Shown one piece after another: positions 55,009 through 64,000 of a DNA stretch of 64,000 nt (positions are counted from its first letter, which is position 1; each line of letters begins with the position of its first letter). Location of the stretch: assembly GCA_038065395.1 (NCBI GenBank), contig JBBTRB010000003.1:85800-149799 (forward strand), given 5' to 3'. The notes below the pieces were generated by a model that saw only the letters and a list, made by a program, of their open reading frames with translations, had not been told where the DNA came from and did no database searches. This DNA comes from Patescibacteria group bacterium (lineage in GTDB: Bacteria > Patescibacteriota > Minisyncoccia > Phycocordibacterales > PALSA-1337). A program made the translations under genes and the position numbers.

Positions 55009-56946
55009 CTAACGTACAAAAGCGCGATTTTCAAGCCGGTCGAGTATCTCGATGATAGTACCTTCTTTGCCGGCCATGAGTAGTGTCTTGTTGTTGATGA
55101 ATGAGTACAAGAACAGGGTGTCTCCGGGGACTGTACGGAATACGCGAACATCCTTGTTTTGTATGATCCGGTCTTCGAATGATCCACGAATAGTAAAGTA
55201 GGTCGATGTCTCGACTGGAGCTGGAATAGTCGATGTTGCTATAGTTGAAGTTCCTGTTGGGGTTTCGGTCGGTGCAGAGATGGTTTCTCGAGCGGTTGTC
55301 GGGAGGAATGGCTTGAGATCGTCTACCATCAGCCTTTCCCATTGGAGCATACCTGCGAATGTGTTCTGGAAGAATTGAGTTGTGCCGATAACGAAGACGT
55401 CTCGTTCCCCTGTTGGGGTGGTGTATATGCCGAGAGTCCAGAGAGGTTCGAATGATCGTGCCAGGATGTCGGGCACCTCGATAGCTATGCGTGCGAGCAT
55501 ATCGGAGCTACTGACCTGAGTGTTTCCATCTGTTATGACGAGTTCATGGATCGTGCCTGGGTCGCGAGGCATTTCGATCTCGGCTCGGATCTTTTGGATA
55601 GCTGCTTGTGAAGCTAGGCCTCGTACGTCGACTCTCGACTGTGTATCAACAGGGATGATATCCGAAGCGACCACTCCTGGATCTTGTTGCTGTTGAGGGT
55701 TTTGTGATGGGAGAGGGACGAAGACGCTCTTGCTGTAGAGATAGTAAGCCCCAAAAAGTCCTGCACCGATGAAGAATGCACTCAGGAGTATGAGAATGAG
55801 CTTGAGAGTGTTGTGAGAACTGGTAGGAGTAGTTTCGGTTTGCTCGCTATCCCCCGCCTCTGCCTCCATCTCAGATGTCTTCTTTTGTGTATCTGCGGCG
55901 ATCGCAATAGAGGCCTTTGAGACTTGTTTGTGAGCCAGGATCTCGGCTACGTCGCTCTCGTAGGTACGGAGATTCTTGAGATCAGTCTTCTCCGGTGCCT
56001 GTATCTTGCTCGTTTGCTGGACAAGAGATCGGCCGCCAAGTGTTTTGGTTGCAGGATTGGCTGGAGAGTTCGGGTTACGGACGAAAGGGCTCGGACTCGG
56101 GCTCGGAGAAACGGGAGGCATATTCGCAGGGTTACCAAAAGCTGATACGAACGGCTTTGGCTGTCCCGGCATCATCGGTGTTGTAGGCTTTGTCAGAGTT
56201 GGTCCTCCGGCCGAGGGTTTTGGTGGAGGTTGCGATGGAGGTGGTGTCGACGATGGAGACATTGAAGACGTCTCAACTTTTGATGCAGTACTTGGAGCCG
56301 AAGGTGTCACTGCACCCATCCCTCCTTCGACCGGGGTGGTATTTGGGAAATTTTGCTGCAACGTAGGAGGAGTAGTGGATTTTGGAGCTGAAGGTGTGAA
56401 ATTATGAGGTTTTGCATCGAACGTGCCCTTGAAAGCCGGGATCTCTGGCAACGGCGGGAGTTTGATCTTCGGGGTCGGCTTTACCACAGGTGCGCTTTTT
56501 GTGGCGAAGACTCCAGGGGCTACATAGTTGGGGTCAAGGACATTCTTCGTCGGGGATTCTGTGGCCGTGCTCGGTTCCGTAGGCAGATTGATCGGTATAG
56601 GAGCAGACGTTTTCGGCTCAGTTGTGACTTTTGGTGGGACTGTTGGTATGGCGGACGGCGCCTTCGGTGTAGGAATAGGGGTCATGTTTACCTGTGGAGC
56701 CATTGTAGTCGCTACGATCTTCGGTGCTACGGGGATTTTCGGTAGAACCTTTTTGAGTTGGAATGTCTGCCCTGGCAAAGGCTCCGACTCTTCCTTGATC
56801 GGTGAGATGTTGTCTTCAGATATGTCGAATACCTGTTCTCCTCGAGAAACTTCCCCCTCTCCTTCTGGTGATGATGTGATGTCAGTATCTACTGGTAGTT
56901 GTGTATCTGGGTTCGGAATGAGGATGTCGTCGTTCATACGTATCAT
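55009..56946 (-). CDS. hypothetical Pro/Thr-rich single-pass membrane protein
   Basis: 645 aa with a long Pro-rich low-complexity N-terminal region, one transmembrane helix (LKLILILLSAFFIGAGLFGAYYLY) and a roughly 240-aa C-terminal domain. Confidence 0.45.
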   Translation of the reverse strand: MIRMNDDILIPNPDTQLPVDTDITSSPEGEGEVSRGEQVFDISEDNISPIKEESEPLPGQTFQLKKVLPKIPVAPKIVATTMAPQVNMTPIPTPKAPSAIPTVPPKVTTEPKTSAPIPINLPTEPSTATESPTKNVLDPNYVAPGVFATKSAPVVKPTPKIKLPPLPEIPAFKGTFDAKPHNFTPSAPKSTTPPTLQQNFPNTTPVEGGMGAVTPSAPSTASKVETSSMSPSSTPPPSQPPPKPSAGGPTLTKPTTPMMPGQPKPFVSAFGNPANMPPVSPSPSPSPFVRNPNSPANPATKTLGGRSLVQQTSKIQAPEKTDLKNLRTYESDVAEILAHKQVSKASIAIAADTQKKTSEMEAEAGDSEQTETTPTSSHNTLKLILILLSAFFIGAGLFGAYYLYSKSVFVPLPSQNPQQQQDPGVVASDIIPVDTQSRVDVRGLASQAAIQKIRAEIEMPRDPGTIHELVITDGNTQVSSSDMLARIAIEVPDILARSFEPLWTLGIYTTPTGERDVFVIGTTQFFQNTFAGMLQWERLMVDDLKPFLPTTARETISAPTETPTGTSTIATSTIPAPVETSTYFTIRGSFEDRIIQNKDVRVFRTVPGDTLFLYSFINNKTLLMAGKEGTIIEILDRLENRAFVR

Positions 56947-57012
56947 TATACTATTGTTCCTGTTGAAAAAAGAAGTGGATCAGTGGAACGTAGTATGTCA
57001 TACTTGGTACAT

Positions 57013-57636
57013 ATGGTATCTCCCCTGTTTCGATTTGCGCAAAAGAAGAATAAAAAAGGTTTTACACTCATCGAACTCCTGGTAGTCATGTCTATTATCG
57101 CAATGTTGTCGAGCGTCATCCTTGTATCTTTGAGAAGGGCTCGAGATAAGTCTCTGGATGCCAAGGTCAAACAGCAACTGAGGAATTTTAGAACAGCAGC
57201 TGAACTATACAAAGATGTGGTAGGTAATGGTACCTATGGAGGAGGGCAGGTTATGGCCGAAGATGGCAACGATGCAGGTATCACCATAGCCAACGGTTGT
57301 GCAGGTGGAATGTTTGGTCATTCAAGTATTGCTCCCTACTTTTTAAAATCAAATTATCCTGCATATGTTACAGATGCCATTACTTCGCCTCCAGATACAA
57401 ATTATGCATCTTGTATAGCAATTAGATTTCCAGATGAAGATGGAAATATTAGCACGGGTAACGCGACAAGGTATATGGTAACCGTAAGGTTGTCAGATAA
57501 TTCTTATTACTGCGTTGATTCATTGGGTAATAGTCTTACACGATTAACAAATCCAGTCAGGACTAGATCGACTATCAATGTACTAGGAGCCTTTTTTACA
57601 CTTGAAGATTGCAATAGTGTACTCAATTGTAACTAG
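57013..57636 (+). CDS. type IV pilin (prepilin-type N-terminal cleavage/methylation domain protein)
   Basis: KKGFTLIELLVVMSIIAMLSSVILVS class III signal peptide; exact start uncertain (ATG at 56995 or 57013). Confidence 0.65.
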   Translation: MVSPLFRFAQKKNKKGFTLIELLVVMSIIAMLSSVILVSLRRARDKSLDAKVKQQLRNFRTAAELYKDVVGNGTYGGGQVMAEDGNDAGITIANGCAGGMFGHSSIAPYFLKSNYPAYVTDAITSPPDTNYASCIAIRFPDEDGNISTGNATRYMVTVRLSDNSYYCVDSLGNSLTRLTNPVRTRSTINVLGAFFTLEDCNSVLNCN

Positions 57637-57656
57637 TCTTAATTAGGGCCTCGTGT

Positions 57657-59441
57657 TTACAATACCTTACCCCACTTCCCTATCCACTCCCTGAAATCTT
57701 CCCAGCCGAATTTTTTACCCTCAATACTATTCATATCTTTGAAAAAAGGTATCAGTAGTGACAGGTCGCTTTGTAAAAAGATTTCAGTTTGTTTGATGAT
57801 CTCATGTGTATCAGCATGCCAATAGTCTGGTTTGTGCGAATAGTACGCATCTAGTCGTCGATGATATTCGAGCGAATTCACGAGTCTGTGTTGTATACCA
57901 TTCAACACGAGACTTTGGATTGATGTGGTTGGATATTTCGATAATTGGCTGAGAGTCTGAGCAAGTTTTCCAATTGAGATATTTTCTTGCCCCATATTTT
58001 TCCGGATGGACTCCATCACGATCGTGGTGAGTGTCCATGTCGAATATGGTGCAGGTTTTGTATCTACGATCGGTGCGTATGCATGAGTGCGCCGATGTTC
58101 GACTGCATATGGGATAATCCCAGAGATATATTGAGGAAAACAGGTGTGTATGAGGTAGCCGAAGTTCGCATCCTCATTGGTGCCAACAGGTGGGAAAAAC
58201 GGCAACGGTTGTGAAGTGTCGAGTCCCATCACACCGAGATATTCTGCGCCACTGTACAACCTATACCCCTCTGCCATCCTCGCGATATTCGCCGATGACC
58301 TATTCTTCCTATACTCTTCCTCAGAATTTCCCCACAAGCTGTGCGGATGATCGGTATGATCTACCATCGTCGGTGGATGGGCTCGCATCCAGGAATGCCC
58401 GACGATTCCGGGGAATGTGACCGCAACTTTCTTGGAAGTGAGAGCTTGGCTGTGTATGTCTATGAATAAGGTGTTATTGATACCACCGAGTTCTGGGTCG
58501 AACTGGATATCCGCTGGTGAAATCTGTGAAATAAGCGAAGAGACGTTTTGTCCGAGTAGTTTCTCGTGCTCGCCGAGGTAGTCGACGTCCACAGTCGGGA
58601 AATAGTTCATTGCTTGTTCGTAGCTATCGAAGAACCATGAAGGCCGTGGTGGCATCGAGGAGATAGTGAGGGATTCAATGGTGGAGGTTGGCTTGTATCC
58701 GGGGAGTGTGTGCACAGTGCAGATCGTATCGTCATCCACCATGAGTATTTTTCTGCCTCGCGCATATAACATCAAGAAATTACGTAGTGCGCCGACATGG
58801 TTCTGGTCAGTATCGTCACCGCAGACAGTGAACTCGGCGATACTATACTCGACATTCTTATTCTTTGAGTACTCGTGTGCGAATTCCTTTCTCTTTGAAA
58901 TATCATGGTGAGAAATAGTCCCAGGGTATTTTTTCCTCAGTATATCTAGGGCGAGCCGATTCTTCTCCAAGAATTCCCTATCAGAATCATCCGCAACTAC
59001 AAATTCCGGTGTGCGGCCATATTTCATGACGTTTCCCATATAACTTTCGATACAACGAGCGAGTTCTGTTGGTCGGTTACGTGTTGGGATACCGATCATT
59101 TCTATCCTATTCGTCATCCCCGCATCTTTTCCTATCGAACCCACGATCTTCGCACGAATATCATCTTCAGATACGAGCAACCCAGCCTCAGCACATTTCT
59201 CTAATACCTCTACATACTGCGAAAAACTTCCCGTATGCTCTGCATAACGAGAAGTGTATATTTCGACATGACGTCGCAGAGTCTGCCAGGTATTGCTGTA
59301 GAGGAGGAGTGCCGTCTCGTCGGGTGCAAGATCGACGTATTTTCCCTGGCTGTCTATCCCTGAAACACGGTTACGTACTCCGTGATCGACCGGTTCCATA
59401 GAGATGAGATTGCATCTATATCGTTGGTCGGAGTCTTTCAT
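57657..59441 (-). CDS. glycosyltransferase family 2-like protein with large C-terminal extension
   Basis: IPTRNRPTELARCIESY...EFVVADDSDREF matches the GT2 N-terminal motif including DxD. Confidence 0.55.
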   Translation of the reverse strand: MKDSDQRYRCNLISMEPVDHGVRNRVSGIDSQGKYVDLAPDETALLLYSNTWQTLRRHVEIYTSRYAEHTGSFSQYVEVLEKCAEAGLLVSEDDIRAKIVGSIGKDAGMTNRIEMIGIPTRNRPTELARCIESYMGNVMKYGRTPEFVVADDSDREFLEKNRLALDILRKKYPGTISHHDISKRKEFAHEYSKNKNVEYSIAEFTVCGDDTDQNHVGALRNFLMLYARGRKILMVDDDTICTVHTLPGYKPTSTIESLTISSMPPRPSWFFDSYEQAMNYFPTVDVDYLGEHEKLLGQNVSSLISQISPADIQFDPELGGINNTLFIDIHSQALTSKKVAVTFPGIVGHSWMRAHPPTMVDHTDHPHSLWGNSEEEYRKNRSSANIARMAEGYRLYSGAEYLGVMGLDTSQPLPFFPPVGTNEDANFGYLIHTCFPQYISGIIPYAVEHRRTHAYAPIVDTKPAPYSTWTLTTIVMESIRKNMGQENISIGKLAQTLSQLSKYPTTSIQSLVLNGIQHRLVNSLEYHRRLDAYYSHKPDYWHADTHEIIKQTEIFLQSDLSLLIPFFKDMNSIEGKKFGWEDFREWIGKWGKVL

Positions 59442-59465
59442 CCCCGTAATGTACCATACAGGCGT

Positions 59466-59984
59466 TTATTTCCTACCACCTCTCAAGATATATTTGCTGG
59501 AGTTGACGTCAAGATCGGTGAAATGATCTGCAGCTTCGATGAGTTTGGCAGAAGTAGACTTGCCGAAAGAGACGACCTCTACTTGGCAACCTTGGTTCAT
59601 CTGGAGGTATTCGACGAGCGGTACGAAGTCCCCGTCCCCCGTTATGAGGATCACAGTGTCGAGCTTGGGTGAAAGTTTGACGGCGTCGATCGCGAGTCCG
59701 ACGTCCCAGTCGGCTTTCTTGGCACCAGAACTAAAGATCTGGAGATCTTTGACTTTGGTTTCGATACCCATCTTGGTGAGTGCGTCGAAGAAGCCACTTT
59801 CATCACCAGACTCGGTGGCGATCACGTAGGCGACTGCGCGGACAAGTTTGCGACCTTCGAGGGCATCTTTGACGATAGCACCGAAGTTGACCTTGGAATG
59901 ATAGAGATTTTTGCCACTATGATAGAGGTTCTGTGCGTCGATATATATGCCGACGCGTTGTTCTTTGTGTTTGATGACTGACAT
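59466..59984 (-). CDS. NYN domain (LabA-like) protein
   Basis: GIYIDAQNLYHS...VAYVIATESG...VILITGDGDFVPLVEYLQ matches the NYN/PIN-like signature. Confidence 0.7.
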   Translation of the reverse strand: MSVIKHKEQRVGIYIDAQNLYHSGKNLYHSKVNFGAIVKDALEGRKLVRAVAYVIATESGDESGFFDALTKMGIETKVKDLQIFSSGAKKADWDVGLAIDAVKLSPKLDTVILITGDGDFVPLVEYLQMNQGCQVEVVSFGKSTSAKLIEAADHFTDLDVNSSKYILRGGRK

Positions 59985-60104
59985 AAATTAGTTACAAGTT
60001 AAAAAGTATAAAGTAAAAGTAGACCTAAGACTCAATATATGAAAATTAATAAAAGCTCTGTAAGTATATGCGCTATCTACCTTCTTGTCACTTCGCTCAA
60101 TATT

Positions 60105-60194
60105 CGTCATCCCCGCGAAGGCGGGGATCTGCGCACAAGAATAGACAAATATTAACAGACTAGGTCATGGATCCCCGCCTTCGCGGGGATGACA
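60105..60194. repeat. bare inverted pair of hairpin repeats (GAAGGC-loop variant) with a 39-bp spacer
   Basis: cgtcatccccgcgaaggcggggatc (60105-60129) and ggatccccgccttcgcggggatgaca (60169-60194). Confidence 0.8.
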
Positions 60195-60221
60195 GGAATA
60201 TGGATGGGGTGACACACGAAA

Positions 60222-60488
60222 CTACTTCTTGAGATCGAGTTTCTTGATGATCGTAGAGTAGCGCTTTGGGTAGTTCTTCTTGAGGTAGTTGAGATGTGTC
60301 TGACGATCCGCGACCATACCGAGCAAGCCACGACGAGAATGGTTGTCTTTCTTGTGTTTCTTGAGGTGATCGGTCAACTCTACGATCTTCTTGGTGAGGA
60401 TCGCGACCTGGACTTCAGGAGAACCGGTATCCGTAGCGTGGATGCCTGTTTCTTTGATGATTTTGGTTTTTTGTCTGACACTCAACAT
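60222..60488 (-). CDS. rpsO: 30S ribosomal protein S15
   Basis: 88 aa: TGSPEVQVAILTKKIVELTDHLKKHKKDNHSRRGLLGMVADR. Confidence 0.9.
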   Translation of the reverse strand: MLSVRQKTKIIKETGIHATDTGSPEVQVAILTKKIVELTDHLKKHKKDNHSRRGLLGMVADRQTHLNYLKKNYPKRYSTIIKKLDLKK

Positions 60489-60545
60489 TGCTCAGCAATC
60501 GTAACATGAATACCTTATAAATACAAGTACTTATCAAAAATTTTA

Positions 60546-60573
60546 CCCCGGTGTGTCTTGCGACACACCGGGG
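60546..60573. promoter_or_regulatory. perfect GC hairpin in the rpsO 5' leader
   Basis: ccccggtgtgtcttgcgacacaccgggg, about 58 nt upstream of the rpsO ATG on the transcribed strand. Confidence 0.35.
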
Positions 60574-60864
60574 CGTACATTGGTTTTGTTTGGGAATGAG
60601 GCGATCAACACGGTCATCGCTGTGTAAGATGACCCAGGAGTTGTCCTCGTAGTTGACCCCCTAAGCGTCACCGGTACGGTATAAGCATAAGCGCCTTTCT
60701 CTTCGCTGGCCAGTTGGTACTGTGAGTGACGCCATAAAACAATAGGCGTCCCAATGGATGGTGTTGTGAAATTGCCACAACAAGAACATCCAGAGAGTAC
60801 AATATCATATCTAGTACTTTTGTCAAGTGCTCTCAGAAACGCATACTGCTACAATAGAGTAGTC

Positions 60865-61785
60865 ATGTCGCACAATATCTCCTCTCTCAAGCAGCAATTC
60901 CTAGAATACGTAGAGATCGAAAAGGGTCGTTCGGTCAAAACTGTTGAAAATTATGATCATTATCTCTCTGTTTTCATTCAACATTCGAAAGCCAAACAGC
61001 CGAGCGATATCACCGAGTCTGCTATCCGCGAATTCCGTCTATGGCTCAACCGCCAGTCTACAGGCAATAACCGCGCAACAGGAGCCACCCTCAAGAAAAA
61101 GACCCAGAACTACTACATGATTGCCATTCGCGCATTCCTCAAATATCTGGCCAAGTGCAATATCAAGACATTGAGCCCAGAATACATAGAGCTGGCCAAG
61201 ACGGGTGACAGACACCTCGATCTCATCTCTTCTGCAGAACTGGAGCGACTCCTTGACTGTCCCAAGGGTGACAGTCTCAGGGCGTTGAGAGATAGAGCCA
61301 TTCTTGAGATGCTTTTCTCTACAGGTTTGCGTGTATCTGAACTCTGCTCTCTCACTCGCGATATCGATATAACCGCTGACGACTTCTCTATTCGTGGCAA
61401 AGGAGACAAGATACGCGTAGTTTTCCTCTCCCCTGCCGCCAAGCAGATCCTCAAGAAATATCTCGACAAGCGTACTGATGCCGAGGACGCATTGTTCATA
61501 AAGATGGATGGTAAGGAGAATAAAGGCTCAGATTCAGGTCTTACTCGTCGCTCGATCGAGCGTATCGTCAAAGATCGCGCTGTAGAAGCTGGAATATCCA
61601 AAAAAGTCACTCCTCACGTCATTCGTCACTGTTTTGCCACCAATCTCCTTTCCAATGGTGCCGATCTGCGCTCAGTCCAGATGCTCCTCGGTCATGCCAA
61701 TATCAGTACTACGCAAATATATACCCATATCACCGACAACGAGCTCAAAAAGGTGCATCAGAAGTTTCATGGGAGGTCGAAATAG
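60865..61785 (+). CDS. tyrosine site-specific recombinase XerC/XerD family
   Basis: HVIRHCFATNLLSNGADLRSVQMLLGHANISTTQIYTH catalytic R-H-R-Y region and a XerD-like N-terminal core-binding domain; ATG at 60865. Confidence 0.8.
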   Translation: MSHNISSLKQQFLEYVEIEKGRSVKTVENYDHYLSVFIQHSKAKQPSDITESAIREFRLWLNRQSTGNNRATGATLKKKTQNYYMIAIRAFLKYLAKCNIKTLSPEYIELAKTGDRHLDLISSAELERLLDCPKGDSLRALRDRAILEMLFSTGLRVSELCSLTRDIDITADDFSIRGKGDKIRVVFLSPAAKQILKKYLDKRTDAEDALFIKMDGKENKGSDSGLTRRSIERIVKDRAVEAGISKKVTPHVIRHCFATNLLSNGADLRSVQMLLGHANISTTQIYTHITDNELKKVHQKFHGRSK

Positions 61786-61802
61786 TGTGTTATTATTTTG
61801 TC

Positions 61803-62570
61803 ATGCGAATCATCTCCTGGAATGTCAACGGAATCCGAGCAAATGCGAAGAAAGGCGGCTTCGAATGGCTCGTCAATGAGTCTGCTGACATATTCTGTGT
61901 CCAAGAAACCAAGGCACACCCAGAACAACTAGAGGAAAGTGTCAGAAATCCTGCTGGATATCACTCCTATTTTGACCATTCCAAGGGTCGCAAAGGATAC
62001 AGTGGTGTAGCAGTATTCAGTAAAATAAAGCCAGAAAAAGTCGAGTATGGACTCGGGGTAGATGAGCTCGATCAAGAGGGTCGCTTCCTCGCCCTGTTTT
62101 TCAAGGATTTTGTATTCATAAATATCTACTTTCCCAACGGTGGTGGCGGTCCAGAACGTCTGGATTTCAAACTTCGCTATTATGAGGCCTTTTTGAAATA
62201 CGTGAATAAGCTCCGCGCAGCAGGTCATGAAATCGTCTTTTGTGGCGATATCAACACTGCTCATACTGCTATAGATCTGGCTCGACCCAAAGAAAACGAA
62301 GGAAATACAGGCTTTTTGCCGATTGAGCGTGCTTGGCTCGATAGTGTAGTCAAAGAGGGCTTCGTGGACACATTCCGACACTTCTACCCTACTGACGTGG
62401 GCAGATATACCTACTGGGATCAAAAGACTTTTGCACGAGAGCGCAATGTTGGATGGAGGATAGACTACTTTTTCGTGACGCCAGGACTCCTCGAAAGGCT
62501 CAAAAGCGTGGCAATTCTCGATAACGTATTGGGCTCAGATCATTGCCCTATCGAAATAGTTCTGAGATAG
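61803..62570 (+). CDS. xth: exodeoxyribonuclease III (Xth)
   Basis: MRIISWNVNGIRA, CVQETK, GDINTAHT and GSDHCPI motifs. Confidence 0.85.
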   Translation: MRIISWNVNGIRANAKKGGFEWLVNESADIFCVQETKAHPEQLEESVRNPAGYHSYFDHSKGRKGYSGVAVFSKIKPEKVEYGLGVDELDQEGRFLALFFKDFVFINIYFPNGGGGPERLDFKLRYYEAFLKYVNKLRAAGHEIVFCGDINTAHTAIDLARPKENEGNTGFLPIERAWLDSVVKEGFVDTFRHFYPTDVGRYTYWDQKTFARERNVGWRIDYFFVTPGLLERLKSVAILDNVLGSDHCPIEIVLR

Positions 62571-62617
62571 TTCTGTGGCTTAATAAGAGGCTATTAAATG
62601 AAATACAGCATCTATCT

Positions 62618-62804
62618 TGTCATTCCCGCGAAAGCGGGAATCCAGGATCACTTCCAGTATAGAGTTGATGCAAGTCATATAAACAATGAATGTGAAGGGT
62701 TCAGCATTTACTCACAAGGATAGTTTATAGTAGTTTGCGATTATATAAATATAAGTAAGTAACCATGCCCTTGCTCCTGGATTCCCGCTTTCGCGGGAAT
62801 GACA
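62618..62804. mobile_element. MITE-like element: hairpin TIRs (T-variant) around a 125-bp core, inverted relative to the 35259 copy
   Basis: tgtcattcccgcgaaagcgggaatccaggat ... tcctggattcccgctttcgcgggaatgaca. Confidence 0.6.
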
Positions 62805-62868
62805 AAAAAAGCGAGGGTAACACATATAAAAAAATGTCTTGCAGATAGAGATTGTGGATAGCTCCAAT

Positions 62869-62921
62869 AAAAAACCGCGTTGGGTGTCTAGAGAACTAGT
62901 AAGACACGTAGCGCGGTTTTT
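62869..62921. terminator. bidirectional intrinsic terminator
   Basis: aaaaaaccgcg-ttgg-gtgtct...agacac-gtag-cgcggttttt: a nested perfect hairpin flanked by an A-run and a T-run. Confidence 0.55.
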
Positions 62922-63287
62922 GAAGTTGCTGCTCGGGGTAAAAAAGAACAAGTCTTCTTCTATCCGAACGGTTCCTTAGATACGGTGTGCATTGCCCTTT
63001 GAAAAGTGGTTCCTCCGGAGGAGGACCTAATGAGATCGTAAGACAATATATGCACCGTTGTTTCCTAAGCAACAGAAGGACGAGGAAGGTTTACGAACAA
63101 CCTCCGCATCAACTTCATGAAAAGGAGAGCAGCCTACCCTGCTGCTAATTTTGTGGAAAGAGCTTTCGGTGTTCTATCGAGAAGATATTCTCTCTTCGCG
63201 ATACCTCGGGAACATCTCGAGGTCTGCACAAAAGTATATGTCCTTTAGATCAGTGTGTAAAGGACATACTGTGGATAACCTGCAGAT

Positions 63288-64000
63288 CTAAGAGACATGA
63301 TATTTTTTACGGATCTCCTCGATGTCTTTTTTGTCTTCTTCCCTTTTTCGTTCGGCTCCAGCAGTTCCCAGTGCTTTCAAGGCTGTTTCATTCATAGAAG
63401 CGAGCTCTATAGCCCTTTTGTCTATGTATTCTGTAGTGTTGAGCTTCGGATCGGAGAGTATTTCGTCGAATATTGCATGCAGAATATAGCCCACCTTCGG
63501 TCCCGGGGCTAGATGTGTCACCTCCATGATGGCTTTACCGTCGCGTTTCATCATGGCGAGAGATATAGGGTCACGTAATGCTTCGTCTACCATGGCTTTG
63601 TACTTTCTCAGTCTATAAGGGTCTTCTTTTGGCCTACCTGTGCCGATTCGGTCGCAAATGCGTACATTCATCAGATCCCAGATGTTTTCATGGCCAACAT
63701 TGACGATCATCCTACGAACGGCAGACAAGTTTATCTGTTCAGTATCAGAGAAGAACATGTGCCAGCGTACCAATTTGACCACTTTCTCAATGATTACACG
63801 TGAAAACCTCATTCTCTCGAGTATTTTGCGTGTTTCACGTGAACCAACCACCTCGTGGCCGTAGAATGTGTATTGATTTGTCTCACGTGAAAACCTTCGG
63901 GTCTGTGGCTTGGCTATATCATGGAAGAGGGCCGCAAGACGAATATCTAGAGGCCACTCCTTGTCAGCGGCATGTTGTAGGCTACGCAAAAGGTGTTCCC
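63288..64000 (-). CDS. cca: CCA-adding enzyme / tRNA nucleotidyltransferase, HD-domain C-terminal part (N-terminus beyond window end)
   Basis: LAALFHDIAKP...YGHEVVGSRETRKILE matches the HD domain of class II CCA-adding enzymes; the ORF continues past 64000. Confidence 0.6.
   Translation of the reverse strand, partial: EHLLRSLQHAADKEWPLDIRLAALFHDIAKPQTRRFSRETNQYTFYGHEVVGSRETRKILERMRFSRVIIEKVVKLVRWHMFFSDTEQINLSAVRRMIVNVGHENIWDLMNVRICDRIGTGRPKEDPYRLRKYKAMVDEALRDPISLAMMKRDGKAIMEVTHLAPGPKVGYILHAIFDEILSDPKLNTTEYIDKRAIELASMNETALKALGTAGAERKREEDKKDIEEIRKKYHVS

Noticed and set aside
60105-60194. Possible CRISPR repeats (28-31-bp GC-rich palindromic units recurring in the window)
   Set aside because: Copies occur as inverted pairs or singly, dispersed over 45 kb, with no regular direct-repeat/spacer array and no cas genes. 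They also sit inside polA in-frame. This behaves like a MITE or REP-type family, not CRISPR.
61113-61610. 165-aa minus-strand ORF inside the recombinase gene
   Set aside because: It is fully antisense to the well-supported XerC/D-like CDS and has low-complexity Ser/Arg-rich composition.
60865-61785. Tyrosine recombinase as marker of a prophage or integrative element
   Set aside because: It has a XerC/D-type core-binding N-terminus and size (306 aa). It is translationally coupled to xth and surrounded by housekeeping genes with no phage, att or direct-repeat features. It is most simply the chromosomal dimer-resolution recombinase.

Overview
This 64-kb window is chromosomal and origin-proximal: rpmH-rnpA-yidC lies on one side of dnaA-dnaN, and a DnaA-box cluster sits in the dnaA-dnaN gap. 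The gene content (compact housekeeping genes, type IV pilus genes, many secreted or membrane hypotheticals) suggests a small-genome bacterium, plausibly Patescibacteria/CPR; that assignment is inference. Recognisable content: replication and repair genes (polA, holA, ruvA, ruvB, yebC-ruvC, ruvX, mutM, a uvrD/pcrA-like helicase, xth, xerD-like, dnaA, dnaN), cell-wall genes (murE, PBP1A, amidase, LysM/M23 peptidase), type IV pilus genes (pilM/N/O-like, pilB, a prepilin), ribosomal proteins S20, S15 and L34, and four tRNAs (Arg-TCT, Ser-TGA, Arg-GCG, Lys-TTT). A 13-kb minus-strand operon (35452-48786) encodes a Gram-positive-type (MPF-FATA-like) type IV secretion system: PrgI-like protein, a VirB4/TrsE-like ATPase, a VirB6-like polytopic protein, a pilin-like protein and several secreted hypotheticals. 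No coupling protein or relaxase is visible in the window. The most unusual content is repeat-related. (1) A 31-bp GC-hairpin inverted-repeat family flanks a small GIY-YIG nuclease gene, flanks two homologous ORF-less ~125-bp cores, occurs as bare inverted pairs, and is inserted in-frame three times inside polA. (2) A three-stem structured element upstream of dnaA and rsmA shows compensatory stem changes between its two copies. (3) An exact 99-bp duplicate with GTAACTCGTAACTAG-type inverted ends sits as an in-frame, stop-containing insertion that splits the VirB4 gene into N- and C-terminal ORFs. (4) An AT-rich palindromic ~85-bp repeat flanks ruvC on both sides. Also noted: an orphan MazF-like toxin beside tRNA-Lys, and a RhuM-family gene in a tRNA-bounded segment. 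No CRISPR array, rRNA or classical transposase was seen.
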